The notes beneath the pieces were generated by a model that did no database searches, was not told the origin of the DNA, and saw only the letters and a program-made list of their open reading frames with translations. The position numbers and the translations under genes are program-made. Shown one piece after another: positions 44,239 to 56,110 of a DNA stretch of 64,000 nucleotides. The DNA is taken from positions 62,001-126,000 of the forward strand of contig NW_003314316.1 of assembly GCF_000143415.4 (NCBI RefSeq). The letters run 5' to 3'. Each line of letters opens with the position of its first letter. Positions within the stretch are counted from its first letter, which is position 1. The DNA is from Selaginella moellendorffii (taxonomy: Eukaryota > Plantae > Lycopodiophyta).

Positions 44239-46233
44239 TCATCTCGCGAAGTTCTTCTCCACATTGGCCTCGGCAAATGCGTTGTGAAGAACGACGTAAG
44301 GCTGCGACTGTCCAGGATCCCACTCTATTGCCGCTCTTGCAAGCCGGATAGCTCGCTCGATCTCCCCAAATGCCCGGCAAGCATCCAGCAAGCTCGTCCA
44401 AGCCACCATATCCGGCACAAACGGCATGGTGTAGAGCAGCTCTTCAGCCCTCTCAATCTGGCGGGCCTTGCCGAGGAGCTGGACGAGGCAAGCGTAGTGT
44501 TCCTCGTTGGGAGCCACGAAATAGTCCACGCCCATGGAGACAAAGTGGTCTCGGGCGACTTCTACGAGCCCTGCGTCGCTCAACCCCGCAAGAGTAGCAG
44601 TGAAGGTTACCTCATTGGGAGACAATCCCAGGAGCAGCATCGATCTGAGAGAAACCATCGCTAGACTAAAATGCCCGTTTCGAGCATAGGCTGAGACGAT
44701 TGCAGTCGCGGAAACCACGTCGTGATGCTGCTCGATTTTCTGGATGGATGCTGGATCGTGAATGTCTCCCTGCCTTGCAATCACACCCAAAAGGAGCGTC
44801 CAGGAGTGAATCGCGAGCTGTGGCATCCGATCAAAGACAAGCTTCGTCTCGTGAAAATGCCCGTGCGCGGCAAATGCTGAGATGAGCGTTGTCCAAGACT
44901 CCAGCCCTCGTTCCGGCATCTGATCAAACACAAACTTTGATTTTCTTGTGCATCCAAGCTGGCCCAAATTCTGGATCATTGCGTTCCAAGCCGGAACATC
45001 TCGCGCGGGCATTCGATCAAAGCCCGAGAGCGAAGCATCCAAATGCCCGCTTTGGGCAAGCGCTGTGATCATCGATGACCATGAGACAACATCCCTCTGG
45101 AGCATATGATCAAAAGCTCGTTTTGCCCGATCCAGTCGACCGGCCTCGCCATAAGTGAGGATCATTGTGTTGGATGCGAAGAGATCCAGTCGATCGATCG
45201 ACTCTAGCAGCTCTACCGCTTCTTGGAGCTGCCCGTTCTCGGCCTTGGATCGAGCGAGGCTGTTCCAGGCCTCGATGCTTTTCTCTGGCATCCTGTGGAA
45301 GAGATCACCGGCGCGATCGACGAGGCCGTGCCGGCAGTGCGCTGTAACGATAGAGTTCCAGGAGATCATGTCGTGATGAGGCATCCTCGCGAAAATCCTG
45401 TTGGATTCGTCGAGAGTGCCGGAGTAGACTGCTAGCATCGTGTTCCAAGTCACCAGATTTCTCTCCGCGATCACTTCCTCGAAGACCTTCCTAGTGCCGA
45501 CTAGATCCCCGGTCGCGGCACTGGCTGTGACCATCGCGTTCATCGAGAAGAGATTGTGGAGTGGCATCTTGAAAAGGACACCAATGGCGGCAGTGATCAA
45601 TCCGACGAGAATGTAGCCCTGCGCTAGCGTGTTCCAGCAGAGTGGATCACGCGATGGGATCCTGTCAAAGAGATCCTTGGCCTCCCGCAAATGCCCTTGG
45701 TGTGAAGAAGCCACGATGAGCGTCGTCCAAGAGATCACATTGTGCATTGGCATCCTCAAAAACACGCCATAGCCGCCGCCATAGCTGATCGGAGCTGTCG
45801 CTTGGAGGATCTGGTTCCAGCTGACGACATCGCGCTGTGGCATCCGGTGGAATGTTGCGGCCGCTCGATCTGGATGCCCGTTTGTGGCGAAGGCCGCGAG
45901 GATCATGTTCCAGGAGTAAATATTTGGGGAGGAGATCGACTCAAACACCGCCATAGCCTCCTCGATCTTGCCACAGCGCGCGTACATCTCGACGAGGAGA
46001 TTGGAGAGGAACCTATCGTGCCTGTGGAGCGTCTGCTGGATTTGGCAGTGAACGATCTTACCCTGGCCGAAATCCCTGTCTCTGGAGCATTGCATGACGG
46101 TGCGAGCGAAGGAATCGACGTCGTGATGCCCAGCATCGGCGATCTTGGCAATGGATTTGAAGCAGATCACTCGCGCCCTGGGCGGCCAATCCAAGAGAGA
46201 GCTTCTCGACGTGCCGGCCCTTGCCAAGATCAT
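44239..46233 (-). CDS. PLS-E PPR protein, no DYW domain
   Basis: NLLVEMYARCG; HYACLVQLLGKA; MPFVPDMVAWTSLLDACR; PYVVLHN. First ATG 46233 gives an R/S/L-rich presequence-like N-terminus; alternative ATG 46095. Confidence 0.88.
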   Translation of the reverse strand: MILARAGTSRSSLLDWPPRARVICFKSIAKIADAGHHDVDSFARTVMQCSRDRDFGQGKIVHCQIQQTLHRHDRFLSNLLVEMYARCGKIEEAMAVFESISSPNIYSWNMILAAFATNGHPDRAAATFHRMPQRDVVSWNQILQATAPISYGGGYGVFLRMPMHNVISWTTLIVASSHQGHLREAKDLFDRIPSRDPLCWNTLAQGYILVGLITAAIGVLFKMPLHNLFSMNAMVTASAATGDLVGTRKVFEEVIAERNLVTWNTMLAVYSGTLDESNRIFARMPHHDMISWNSIVTAHCRHGLVDRAGDLFHRMPEKSIEAWNSLARSKAENGQLQEAVELLESIDRLDLFASNTMILTYGEAGRLDRAKRAFDHMLQRDVVSWSSMITALAQSGHLDASLSGFDRMPARDVPAWNAMIQNLGQLGCTRKSKFVFDQMPERGLESWTTLISAFAAHGHFHETKLVFDRMPQLAIHSWTLLLGVIARQGDIHDPASIQKIEQHHDVVSATAIVSAYARNGHFSLAMVSLRSMLLLGLSPNEVTFTATLAGLSDAGLVEVARDHFVSMGVDYFVAPNEEHYACLVQLLGKARQIERAEELLYTMPFVPDMVAWTSLLDACRAFGEIERAIRLARAAIEWDPGQSQPYVVLHNAFAEANVEKNFAR

Positions 46234-47800
46234 CAAGAACAGCACCAGCTCCGGCGATCTAGCCTGCTGCCGCCGCGCACACGATCAAATCCTCACCAGC
46301 GCCCACAGCGGCGTCACATTCCTCCACAATCTCCTCATCGAGATGTATGGCAGCTGCGGCGGATTGGAGGAGGCGGAGGCGGTGTTCTCCGCGATGCGAT
46401 CGCCAAACACATTCTCCAGGAACAACCTGATCTTCGCCTATGGCAAGAATGGCAAACCCTACGAGGCATGGAAGCTCTTCGTCCAAATGGCCGCCAAGAA
46501 TGCCCTCTCTTGGGTATCAATCACACGAGCGCTAACGCGGTCTGGGCAACTGGACCTCGCCAAGAAGATGCTCTTAAAGATGCCCCAGCTAAGCACCACT
46601 CCCTGTACGGCCATGGTCGTCGCATATGCCCAAAGAGGGCATCTTGTTGGTGCCAGCTCCGTGATGGGCCTCATGGCCGAAAGTGACGCGACGGCGTCCA
46701 CGGCCATGATAGTGGCGTACGGAGGCGCCGGCAATGTGGACGAGGCGGAGAGGATATTCTTTGCCAGCGCCGCGCAGGATGTGGTATCGTGGACAGCAAT
46801 GTGCCAAGCATATGCCGAGAACGGGTATCTGGAAGATGCGAGGCGAATCTTCTCGAGCATGCCCCAGCGCAATGTGGTCACTTGGAACGCGCTGATGCAA
46901 GCGTGCGTCTCCAATCGCGAGCTGGAATCCGCGAGTGAGTGCTTCGATTCCATGCCGGAGCGCGACGCGGCGTCGTGGAACACGCTCATCGCGGCGTTCG
47001 CGCAGCTAGGGTTTCCGGGCGACGCGAGGCGCGCTTTCGATCGGATGCCGCAGCACAGCGTGATCAGCGCGACGTCGATGATCGTCGCGCTGGCGTGGAG
47101 CCCGGGGGGATTGAGCGCCGCGATCGCGGAGTTCGACAGGATTCCAGGGCGGGATCTTGTTTCTTGGAACGCCATGGCGCAGGCTCACGCGGCGAGTGGA
47201 AATCTTGCCGAGGCCGCGGAGATTTTCGATCGGATGCCGTGGAGGGACGTGACGGCGTGGAATGCCATGACCGAAGCGCTGTCGCAGCACGGGCATCTGG
47301 ATCGAGCGCGGCGATCCTTCGATGCGATGCCAAATAGGGATGTGATCTCCTGGACCACGATGATCGATGCCTACACGCAGAACGGGCATCCTCGCGAGGC
47401 GCTGGAGCTCTTCCACGCGATGCTACTGGAATCCATGCGCCCGAATCAGCTCACATTCCTGTGCGTTCTTGCCGGATGCAGCCATGGCGGATCTCTCGAG
47501 CGCGCTCGCCAGTATTTCCATTCGATGCTCCAGGATCACGACATCCAGCCGCGCGTCGAGCACTTCCACTGTCTCATCGATCTTCTCGGTCGATCCGGGA
47601 GGGAGCTCCACGACGCCGAGGATCTCATCCGTGAGATGCCGTTCCAGGAGGACGAAATCTCCTGGACGACGCTCCTCGGCGCTTGCCGCGTCCACGGCGA
47701 TCCATCGCGGGGATCCAAGGCCGCAACGAGGATCGCGCACCTCACCCCGGATCGATCGGCCCCCTACGTTCTTCTCAATCAGGCACAGATGGTCGAGTAG
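46151..47800 (+). CDS. PLS-E PPR protein, no DYW domain
   Basis: NLLIEMYGSCG; CSHGG; HFHCLIDLLGRSG; MPFQEDEISWTTLLGACR; PYVLL. Confidence 0.9.
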   Translation: MDLKQITRALGGQSKRELLDVPALAKIIKNSTSSGDLACCRRAHDQILTSAHSGVTFLHNLLIEMYGSCGGLEEAEAVFSAMRSPNTFSRNNLIFAYGKNGKPYEAWKLFVQMAAKNALSWVSITRALTRSGQLDLAKKMLLKMPQLSTTPCTAMVVAYAQRGHLVGASSVMGLMAESDATASTAMIVAYGGAGNVDEAERIFFASAAQDVVSWTAMCQAYAENGYLEDARRIFSSMPQRNVVTWNALMQACVSNRELESASECFDSMPERDAASWNTLIAAFAQLGFPGDARRAFDRMPQHSVISATSMIVALAWSPGGLSAAIAEFDRIPGRDLVSWNAMAQAHAASGNLAEAAEIFDRMPWRDVTAWNAMTEALSQHGHLDRARRSFDAMPNRDVISWTTMIDAYTQNGHPREALELFHAMLLESMRPNQLTFLCVLAGCSHGGSLERARQYFHSMLQDHDIQPRVEHFHCLIDLLGRSGRELHDAEDLIREMPFQEDEISWTTLLGACRVHGDPSRGSKAATRIAHLTPDRSAPYVLLNQAQMVE

Positions 47801-47840
47801 ATCGTGAGGAGGAATCGAAATTTCGATCGATCCTTGCGAT

Positions 47841-49583
47841 ATGCGAAGGGTTCTTCCAGGGATCGACGCCGAGCTCTCTCTTCTCATCAAATCTTGCGGC
47901 GACTCCAAGAACATCGCGAGGGGGAGGGAGATCCACGCGAGAATCGCTGGCTGCGAGCTCCGCCACGATCGATTACTGGCAAATCTCCTGGTGGAGATGT
48001 ATGGCAAATGCGGCAGTGTCGACGACGCGGAGGGCGTGTTCTTGGCCATCCCCGACCCCAATCCCTACTCTTGGAACATCCTCATCGCGGCCTACGTCCA
48101 GAATGGCTGCCTCCGCCGAGCAAGGCGCGCGTTCTTGGAGATGCCCGGCCGTGGCATCGTCTCCTGGAACACCATCGCCAAGGGCTGGGCGGAGAGTGGC
48201 AATCTGGCGGAGCTTCTGGGTGTGTTCCACCGGATGCCGCAGTGGAATCCAGTCTCGTGCACTGCGATGGCGATGGCGCACGCGCAAGAGGGCGATCTCT
48301 CGGCAACCAAGCAGCTCTTTGATTCGATGGAGCAGCGGGATCTCGCGGCGTGGAACGGGATGATCCAAGCGTATGCCCAGAACGGGCATATCTCCGCGGT
48401 GGAGCGTGTCTTCTCCAGGATGCCGGGGTGTGATGCCGTCTCGAAAACGCTGATCGTCAGAGCTTACGGCCTCGCCCAAGATCCTGGGAAAGCGAAGGAT
48501 GCCTTCGATCAGACCCAGCAGCGCGACGTGATCGCGTGGAATGCCGCGATCCGAGCGTACGCCCAGAGCGGGCATCCGGAGGAAGCTCGAGCGATCTTCG
48601 AAGTGATGCCGGCGTGGAATGTGGTCTCCTGGACAGTGATGGTGGTCGCTTACGCCGAGAGCCGCGATCCCGATCGTGCTGAAGAGATCTTTCTGGCGAT
48701 GCGAGAGGATGATTTGGTGGCGCGCACGTCGATGCTCGCGGTGTATGCCCAACGAGGGGACCCAGAGGTAGCGCACAGGATCTTCGATGGTATGGCGCTG
48801 CTCCAGCGCGATGGGATCTGCTGGACGGCGCTCATCCGGGCCTACGTCGAGAATGGTCACCACGATTGGGCGAGAGCGGCGTTCCAGAGAATGCCGCAGT
48901 GGGATCTCTCGGCGTGGAATTCGATCCTCCAGTCGTTGATCCAGACGAGCCAGCTCCGCGAGGCTCGAGCGATCTACGAGAGCATGCCGGAGTGGAACAT
49001 CGTGTCTTCGACGCTGCTCATCGCTGGGTACACCAGATCCGGGGACGTAGCCGAGGCGAAGCTCGCGTTCGATCGGATTTCTCACAGGGATCCAGTCTCC
49101 TGGACGACGATGATCCACGCGTATGCCCAGAACGGACACTGCGACGAGGCTTTCGATCTCCAGCGAGCGATGGAGCTCGAGGGTGTTGCTCCCGACGATG
49201 CCACCTTCGTGTCGCTGCTCGCCGGGTGTAGCTACTCGGGGCTGCTGGAACGAGGCCGGGGATGCTTCGTGTTGATGCAAGAGACCCGCGGGATCGTCCC
49301 CAACAAGGATCACTTCTGCTGCTTGATCGACATGCTCGGGAGGAGCAAGCTGCTGGGCGAGGCGGAGGAGCTCATCCGGAGCTTGCCGTTTGATCCCGAC
49401 GCTGCGATCTGGGCGTCATTGCTGGGAGGATCGCAGGGCGGTGACCAGCAGGCTGCGAGTGCGGCGAGAGAGGTGTCGGGATTGAAGCCCGAGGACTCGT
49501 CAGCGTATGTGATGCTCGCGAACTTGATCGTTTGTGACGATGGATCACTCGATCAGGAGGAGGAGAATGAAGAACTTGCGTGA
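47841..49583 (+). CDS. PLS-E PPR protein, no DYW domain
   Basis: NLLVEMYGKCG; CSYSGL; HFCCLIDMLGRS; LPFDPDAAIWASLLG; AYVMLAN. Confidence 0.9.
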   Translation: MRRVLPGIDAELSLLIKSCGDSKNIARGREIHARIAGCELRHDRLLANLLVEMYGKCGSVDDAEGVFLAIPDPNPYSWNILIAAYVQNGCLRRARRAFLEMPGRGIVSWNTIAKGWAESGNLAELLGVFHRMPQWNPVSCTAMAMAHAQEGDLSATKQLFDSMEQRDLAAWNGMIQAYAQNGHISAVERVFSRMPGCDAVSKTLIVRAYGLAQDPGKAKDAFDQTQQRDVIAWNAAIRAYAQSGHPEEARAIFEVMPAWNVVSWTVMVVAYAESRDPDRAEEIFLAMREDDLVARTSMLAVYAQRGDPEVAHRIFDGMALLQRDGICWTALIRAYVENGHHDWARAAFQRMPQWDLSAWNSILQSLIQTSQLREARAIYESMPEWNIVSSTLLIAGYTRSGDVAEAKLAFDRISHRDPVSWTTMIHAYAQNGHCDEAFDLQRAMELEGVAPDDATFVSLLAGCSYSGLLERGRGCFVLMQETRGIVPNKDHFCCLIDMLGRSKLLGEAEELIRSLPFDPDAAIWASLLGGSQGGDQQAASAAREVSGLKPEDSSAYVMLANLIVCDDGSLDQEEENEELA

Positions 49584-49873
49584 GAGTTGGAGAACTATTG
49601 CTGTGATCTGGTAGTTCTCGGCTACTCCACCTGGAATGAAAGATGAGACGATTGAAAGCCTCGACTCTGCTAGTTGGATTAGATTTCGGATGAAAACGAA
49701 GAACTTGCGTAAAAAATTCGCGAGAAAATTTTGGAAAGAACTCACTAGCGCTGTGATGCTCGTAACCTGTGCTTGTTTTCGACGGCGTATCCGAATAGAT
49801 CCCTGTGACAAACGTGAGAAAACAAAGGAAAGTAAAACGAATGAAGATGTCACGTACATGTATAGCTCTGGTA

Positions 49874-50576
49874 CTAATTGATGGAGAGCTCGGGCTCCAC
49901 TATCTCGGACTCCACCACCTCGGCCTCCTTGATCTCGGGCTCTTTTTCCTCCTCGAATTTGGACGCTTCTTCTTCGATTTGTGGAGCTGGTGCTGCCTGT
50001 TCTTCAACCTCGCCGGGACTGCGACGCTCATCCAGGATTTTTTTTACGTCCTCCAAGCTAGGCGGTTCCCGGAACCTATAATCGGCCTCTCTAGGCTTGT
50101 AAGTTACGAACAGGATCCCGCAAGTGATGACCTGCTCGAGCAAATCAAGACAAGCAAAGATTGGACAAGAATGGCGACTTACCGCTACCACGATTCCAAT
50201 CGCCCAGAGATACTGCAGGATGAATCCCAGCCAGTTCCACTGCGGCCCTTCCCAGAAATCTGGAACCATTCCTGGATCGAAATAATCGTCGTTGGGAAAA
50301 GGAGCTGGAGTGGGATTCGACGACGACGAGGATTTCGCTCCGGATTTCTGCTTTGTCATCCGAAATCGCGACCTTGGAGGAAGAATCTGGTTGCTTCACA
50401 TTCTTACCGGAGGAAGACGGCGACGACGATTCCAATTTCTTGGCCCGGATGAGACTACTCCTCCTGGCGATCGCGACGTGGTTCCTGCTGGGAAGAGGAT
50501 TTAATCCGCTCCTCCGGTGGAGGAATGGCGATGGCGCGCCGAGAGCGTGGACGCCATGCCGCGATGCCAGCGCCAT
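49874..50576 (-). CDS. MPH1: Chloroplast thylakoid single-TM protein, MPH1 (Maintenance of PSII under High light 1)-like; exons 50576-50408, 50304-50183, 50131-49874
   Basis: Transit-peptide-like N-terminus; PDFWEGPQWNWLGFILQYLWAIGIVVA/VITCGILFVTY; acidic tail. Family recognised from memory of the motif. Confidence 0.62.
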
Positions 50577-50771
50577 TGCGCATGGGACGAAAGAAATCTG
50601 CCCCAGACGATGATACATCCACAACCACTCGTTTAAATCTTTATTCCGGGCAAAATTCCGGTTCTTTTTCTACAAAAATGGTGACGTGGAGGTAAAGGTG
50701 GGGTATGACCAGGGAAAATGCAGGGTATGACGAAGGAAACAGCGAGGGAAGAACAGGGGAGAACAAACGAA

Positions 50772-51815
50772 TCAATTCACGTAGCGGCAGTTCTTCCTGA
50801 TCTGGCCGCTACTGCCCGTGAGCACCTTGTGGGCGGTGAGCTTCTGGTAGGCGGTGATGTATGTCTGGAAGAATTGGTTCTGGTCCTGGGCGAATTTCGC
50901 TACCGCGGTGCTGGTTCTCGAGTCTTGGCCCAGCGCCGCGTCGATGCTGAAGAGCCCGAGCCTGGAGCTCACCTCCTGGTAGTAGCGATTGTCGAATCGC
51001 AAGCTGGTGAAATCGTTCATCACCGTGGTGGTGTTGAGAATGAATCGCGGATCCGAGACGGGGCAGCTGATCCGGAGGCGCGCCGCGTAGAAGGGATTGA
51101 GGTTGGAATCCAGGGTCGGGTAGAGGCGATTGACGATGTTGAGGCAGTGGCCGACGCCCAGCGTGTGCGCGCCCATGATCGCCACGCTCTCCTCGATGGA
51201 CATGCCCATGGCGCGGAAGATATCCAGAAATTTGTCGACGCTGATCGTGGGCGGGGGCAGCGCCGCGTCGGCGGCGCGATTGCTCGCGAATGTGGCATCC
51301 CTCCGCCCGAGCTGGATGGGGAAATCCGGGCCGCCAGCAATCGCCGCGGCGTCCCGGCCCGCTAGCGCGACGATGTCCGCGCACGAGACCTCTCCGCCGC
51401 CGCATTGCGCGTCCACCGCCGCCTTGATCCGATCGATGATCGCGAGCTCCCGGACGCCGAAATTTCGATCGGACGCCATCTCGCTGGTGATGGAGCCCTT
51501 GTTGTTGAGCAGGATCGATGCGTCGCAGCCCTGGATGGAAATTGATCGAGGATGTCAGTGGCCAGCTCTCTCGATAAAGTCTATCTAGCTTACCCCGACT
51601 TGGCAGTCGTGGAAGGAGAGGCGGAGGAGCGCCGCCCCGGCGGTGGGATCGCCAAAGAGGCTGCTCATGATCGTCGATCTCACCGTGCTCTCCAGCCCCG
51701 GGCAAGATTTCTTGTAGAAACCGAACGAGAGCTGGGAGGAGCTCGAGCTTGCGAGTGTCAGGACCATGGCTAGAATCACCCACATTGCGAAATTGGATCC
51801 CCAATTCACCGCCAT
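50772..51815 (-). CDS. Class III secretory peroxidase (Prx29-like); exons 51815-51594 and 51530-50772
   Basis: Signal peptide; FY..SCP; LLRLSFHDCQV/GCDASILL; VSCADIVALAGRD; GRRD; GAHTLG; FDNRYY; GQIRKNCRYVN. Confidence 0.95.
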
Positions 51816-52499
51816 CGCCGTCTCTCGCTCCAATTCGATCAGGTACGTACCGATTGATCTGCTGCAAGGGAGGAATTGGATCTGAGCGAACGCAACCAGG
51901 CCTCGATTCGATTGAATGCGCACAAATGCTTCAACCGATCGAGGTACCACGGATTCCTCTTCCTTGCAGGGGAGCAAATTCGAATTGCAGGAAGCTCTCT
52001 CAAAGGTCAAGATCGCTAGATCATCGCTCGCTCGATTGCTAGCAGCGAGACTTGGGGATCGTCTCACTACTCATTGGGAGAGAATGCGTGCGTATGAGGA
52101 GAGATCCCTGGTTGGTATATGTACAGGGGAGCTCTAGCTCCAAAACATCAATGCTTGACTTGCTAAAGCTGCCACAAAGTTAAAAAAAGGGAGGTAAAAA
52201 TTGAAGGGGGAGGCAAGAAATTATGCTGTGCTGCTCGGATGATGAATTGTGTGGTGATACTTTTTTTATACCATCCCTACCTTGATTTTTACCATGAGCT
52301 CCCTCGAAATGAGCACTTCTAGAAGGGAGAATTTCAAGGGAGAACAAATGCCCTTCTTTGGCATTTCTCTAATGAGAAATTTAGGAGAGTTGCAAAGCTC
52401 AAGTACCACGTCCAAAAACTTGGCCTTTTACAAACACTCGTTACAATCTATGGCGGCGTCGACTATTCAGCTCCGGGATGCTCGTCTGCAACTCGCTTA

Positions 52500-52960
52500 G
52501 GAACCTCTATCCGCTTGCTTCAAGAAACTTTGTAGCGCTCTTCATGGCCACCTTGAGCGTCTTGATGATCGCCGGAAGCACACTCTTCCAAATGCCTGCA
52601 CGTCGCTAGAGCAAAGCAGAACTTCCAGGCACCTCGTCATCCTGGCGACCATGGATTTCTTGGCAGCATCTATCAGCACCAAGATGGCCTCTTTAACGTT
52701 TTTGCTTCAGACAAGGCGCTGCTTCGATACCACCGTATAAGGCCACGCCAAGTTGCCAGCCAGGAGCACAGCGTTTTCGAGCCGGCTCGCAGTGCTTCTC
52801 TGTACGACACTACAGCGTCGGCATAGTGGCCCTGTCGCTTGAAAAACTGGGGCAAGAGTTCACTTTGTTGAAAAAACTCTTGTATTGCTGGGTAGATGAT
52901 CGGGCAGAAAGTTGCATCACACCAAGCGCACCTGAGCAGCGTCTGCAAGGAAATAAGCAA
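52500..52960 (-). pseudogene. Possible gene fragment with a single TPR-like helix pair
   Basis: FFKRQGHYADAVVSYREAL; no coherent gene model. Confidence 0.3.
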
Positions 52961-53148
52961 CGTAAAACCTGTTCAAGAGTGTCCATAAAAAACATGGAAA
53001 ATGAAAGAGGCTCTAGAATTTATGTACCTGATGATCGTTCCAGACATCAGGTAGACTCCTTCCAGAAGAAGGATCGCCAACTGGAAGGCCGCGAAAGGAA
53101 AGGAGAAAGCCAAAGAATGGCGGGACTGTATTCACAGCTTCGATCTTT

Positions 53149-54387
53149 CTAGAGTTCTTCCGCATTGCTAGAACTGAGACTAACACAAGGAAACCAATAC
53201 CTTCTTTTCCTATCAGGGTGTCCATCGTCAATCATCACCAGGCCTTCCTGTAGTGGAAAAAGAATTAGAAACAAACGAAAGAATGATCAAACCAACTAAA
53301 CGTTTTCCCTGATTGGAAACTAGTGAAGAATTCTGAGAGTGTCTCACCTTCATCAATGTTTCCAAAGCATCGATCACTCGACCGGGATGCCACGATAGAG
53401 CGCGTTCTACGTCTTCAACCAGAACAAATCCACGGACCTGGAAGTAAAAAAAGAAGAGTATAAGATACGTAGTCTCAAAAGTTTCAATCACCTCTGCGAG
53501 TTCTAAGATTTGGTTGTGGTCTTTGTTGAGCTCGGTTGGAACAGAGCGAACGAGTTTCTTTTTGCCGACGGTGAAAACCTCGAAGCCACTTCCGAGTACC
53601 TGCAAATAAGCCGTCATGGGACGAATGGTTGACGAGTCTGCAAAATCATCGAAAGATAACCCATCACACTGCAAACAAATAAATGGAAAACAAAAAGAAG
53701 AAGAAGCGAACAGAATTGATCCAACGAAGTTTTTTCTGCCCAGGTTTTCTCGTGTTTTCCATACCTTGAGCTTGTCAATCGCCTTGAGACAATCATCGGT
53801 AGTGATCGGCTCCCGGGACGTTCGTCTCTTCTTGGATAGCATCGAGCAGAGCTCGTTGAGATCAATTAGTCCTCCATTGTGAGATCGAGTCGCAAGGCAG
53901 ATCTCTACAATCTGGACACCTGCGAGCTGAGACTCATCAACCAAAAAAAGGGAGAACACGAAGAAAACTTACCAATTTCGTAGTAAAAATCTCCAATTCC
54001 TAGAAGCTCGGCCCAGAAGCCTTTGTTGGACGCTAAAGGATCGACCCCGACTTTGGAACACATCTCATGGAACTGAGCCCGGAACGCTGGATTCTTCTTG
54101 ATATCATGCTAAGAAACAAACCAAAGCAAATACCTTGAATCCCATTCACGCTCACGATTCCACTCCCATACCTTGTGCTTGCGCGCAAATTCTTCTAGCT
54201 GCGTCCTAAACGTCGCCAGCTGATCTTTGAGAAGATCTGTCCGGATTCTCGCCACATTCTCGCCAACAGATCGATACTGATCCTGGAATCAACGAAAGCA
54301 CAGCGTCCGATCCCCACAGCTGAAACAATCGCATACCCTAGCTGCAGCCGCGGAATGCAATCCCGAGATCCCAGGGCGCCTCTTCAT
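53149..54387 (-). CDS. VPS22: ESCRT-II subunit VPS22/SNF8 (EAP30), multi-exon
   Basis: [10 protein letters not shown]; [11 protein letters not shown]; [39 protein letters not shown]; [19 protein letters not shown]; [13 protein letters not shown]; [16 protein letters not shown]. Confidence 0.95.
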
Positions 54388-55399
54388 CGTCCAAGAAGAA
54401 GAGCCCTAAAATCATGGATTTTGAGGTAAATTTCTCTTTTATTCATTTCCAAAGCTATGTAAAGCTATGTTGTTCATAGTAAGTGATAACTGGAGTGGTA
54501 AATTGATGCTATGGCCAATTATGTCCCTACCAACCAACTACGCATAAAAGAATGTGATTTTCCATCCTATGGATGAGTTTTTTTTTTTCCAGAAATCTAG
54601 AAAACTACAGGGATGTCAAATCAAAATTCGTGGTGGAAGGATTTTCTAGATACGGGGCTTGGGTTTAGCTTTAATTTCTTATCTACCTTGGGATCAATGG
54701 GAAGGTTTGCATCTTGTGCATTAATTCTTCCTTCTGGTTTTATAGATTTCAACTCTAACAAAGCAAAGTTTTCTGGGATGAGAAAGAATTGAGTTGTGAT
54801 ACCAACATCAAGAAGTCTTACAATTCACACTGGGAGTTCATAGAGATGATAGAACGTGTTCATAACTGGAAGATCGATGAAGCAACAATTCCAACCTCTC
54901 TTTCAGTGGAAGGTGTTGGGAGGGTCGTCGTCATGACTGGGAAACTTAAACCATTCAAATTTCAACGTGATCTCAATATATATCACATACAAAAACATAG
55001 CTGGACTGCAATAATAGCGGCTTATCGCATCACGGCATGGAAAGATCGCCGTAGCTGTGCTCTTATATCTCAATGCTGAAGCTTTCCGGGCAATTGTGCG
55101 ATCTTACTGCAAATCCTGAGGATAAGACTGAGCGCGGTGCTTTTCTGAAGCCCCGCAAACCTCGCAAATCACTAGGTGGTGCTTTCGAATTTAAATCCAG
55201 AGCTCTTTTGGCTGAAGCTCACCACCAATAGGTCTTTGCCCGTGAACTCCCTGCCACAGTTCTCAAGCTCCGCAAGTGCTTTGCAAAGATAGCACGCGGC
55301 CAAAAGCGACGCTACAGTAAATGCAACAACCATATGGCGTGTGGATACGACATGATCCATGTACATTTGCATACAGGACCTCTTGGATTTGCGGGGCCA

Positions 55400-56110
55400 G
55401 GGTGGATTGCTAGTGGAGATCTTTAATTAAATAGAGGCTTCCCCATGGCCTGGACGGTCAATAGAGTTATCCTCCTATACAAATCCGGGGATCCCTCTGT
55501 TGTCACCAGCTACAAAACATTGGATGTGGCCACATTTTTGCAAAGATATTTGCCTGCTTGCTGGAGAAAGAGCTCTCTAGTTGGATGGAAAGGAGTGGGA
55601 AGGGTTTCCGGAGGCCTTGTTCTTGTAAAGACCAACTCCTGACACTAAAGAATGGAACCGAGTCCTTTTCCTGGGATATGTGGACTTGCTATCTTTGAAC
55701 TATATCGGATGGTGCAATTGCAAATCTTTGACAGCCTGCCGATTGAGTCACACATCGGTGTACGCCATCTATCCCCAACTTTGTTCGCCATCTACGTGGA
55801 TGTTGCAGGGGAAGGTGCTCACTTCTTACCAATTCTCTGGCATGCACCTATATGCGCTGCTCTATGCCGATGATATACTCTTGCCAGCTCCGTCAGCGGC
55901 TAAACCTGGGTCTACGTGCTCAATGAGTTCTGTGACGTTCTGCCACACACCCTGGCATCATATCGATGCGATCATATGCTCCTTGTAGAAATGGGACTAA
56001 GAACACCCCTGCATCTTCGCATTTGTCGCTTATGCCAAACAGGTCAGGTGGAAGATGTGTTTCATGTTGTTTACGACTGCATGGCCTTTGTATTATTAAG
56101 CTCAGGTGAA
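55400..56110 (+). mobile_element. Degenerate non-LTR (LINE) ORF2 relic with large deletions
   Basis: LLYKSGDPSVVTSYK; GVR-LSPTLFAIYVD; LLYADDILL; R.DHMLLVEMG..RICRLCQTGQVEDVFHVVYDC (C-terminal CCHC). Confidence 0.8.
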
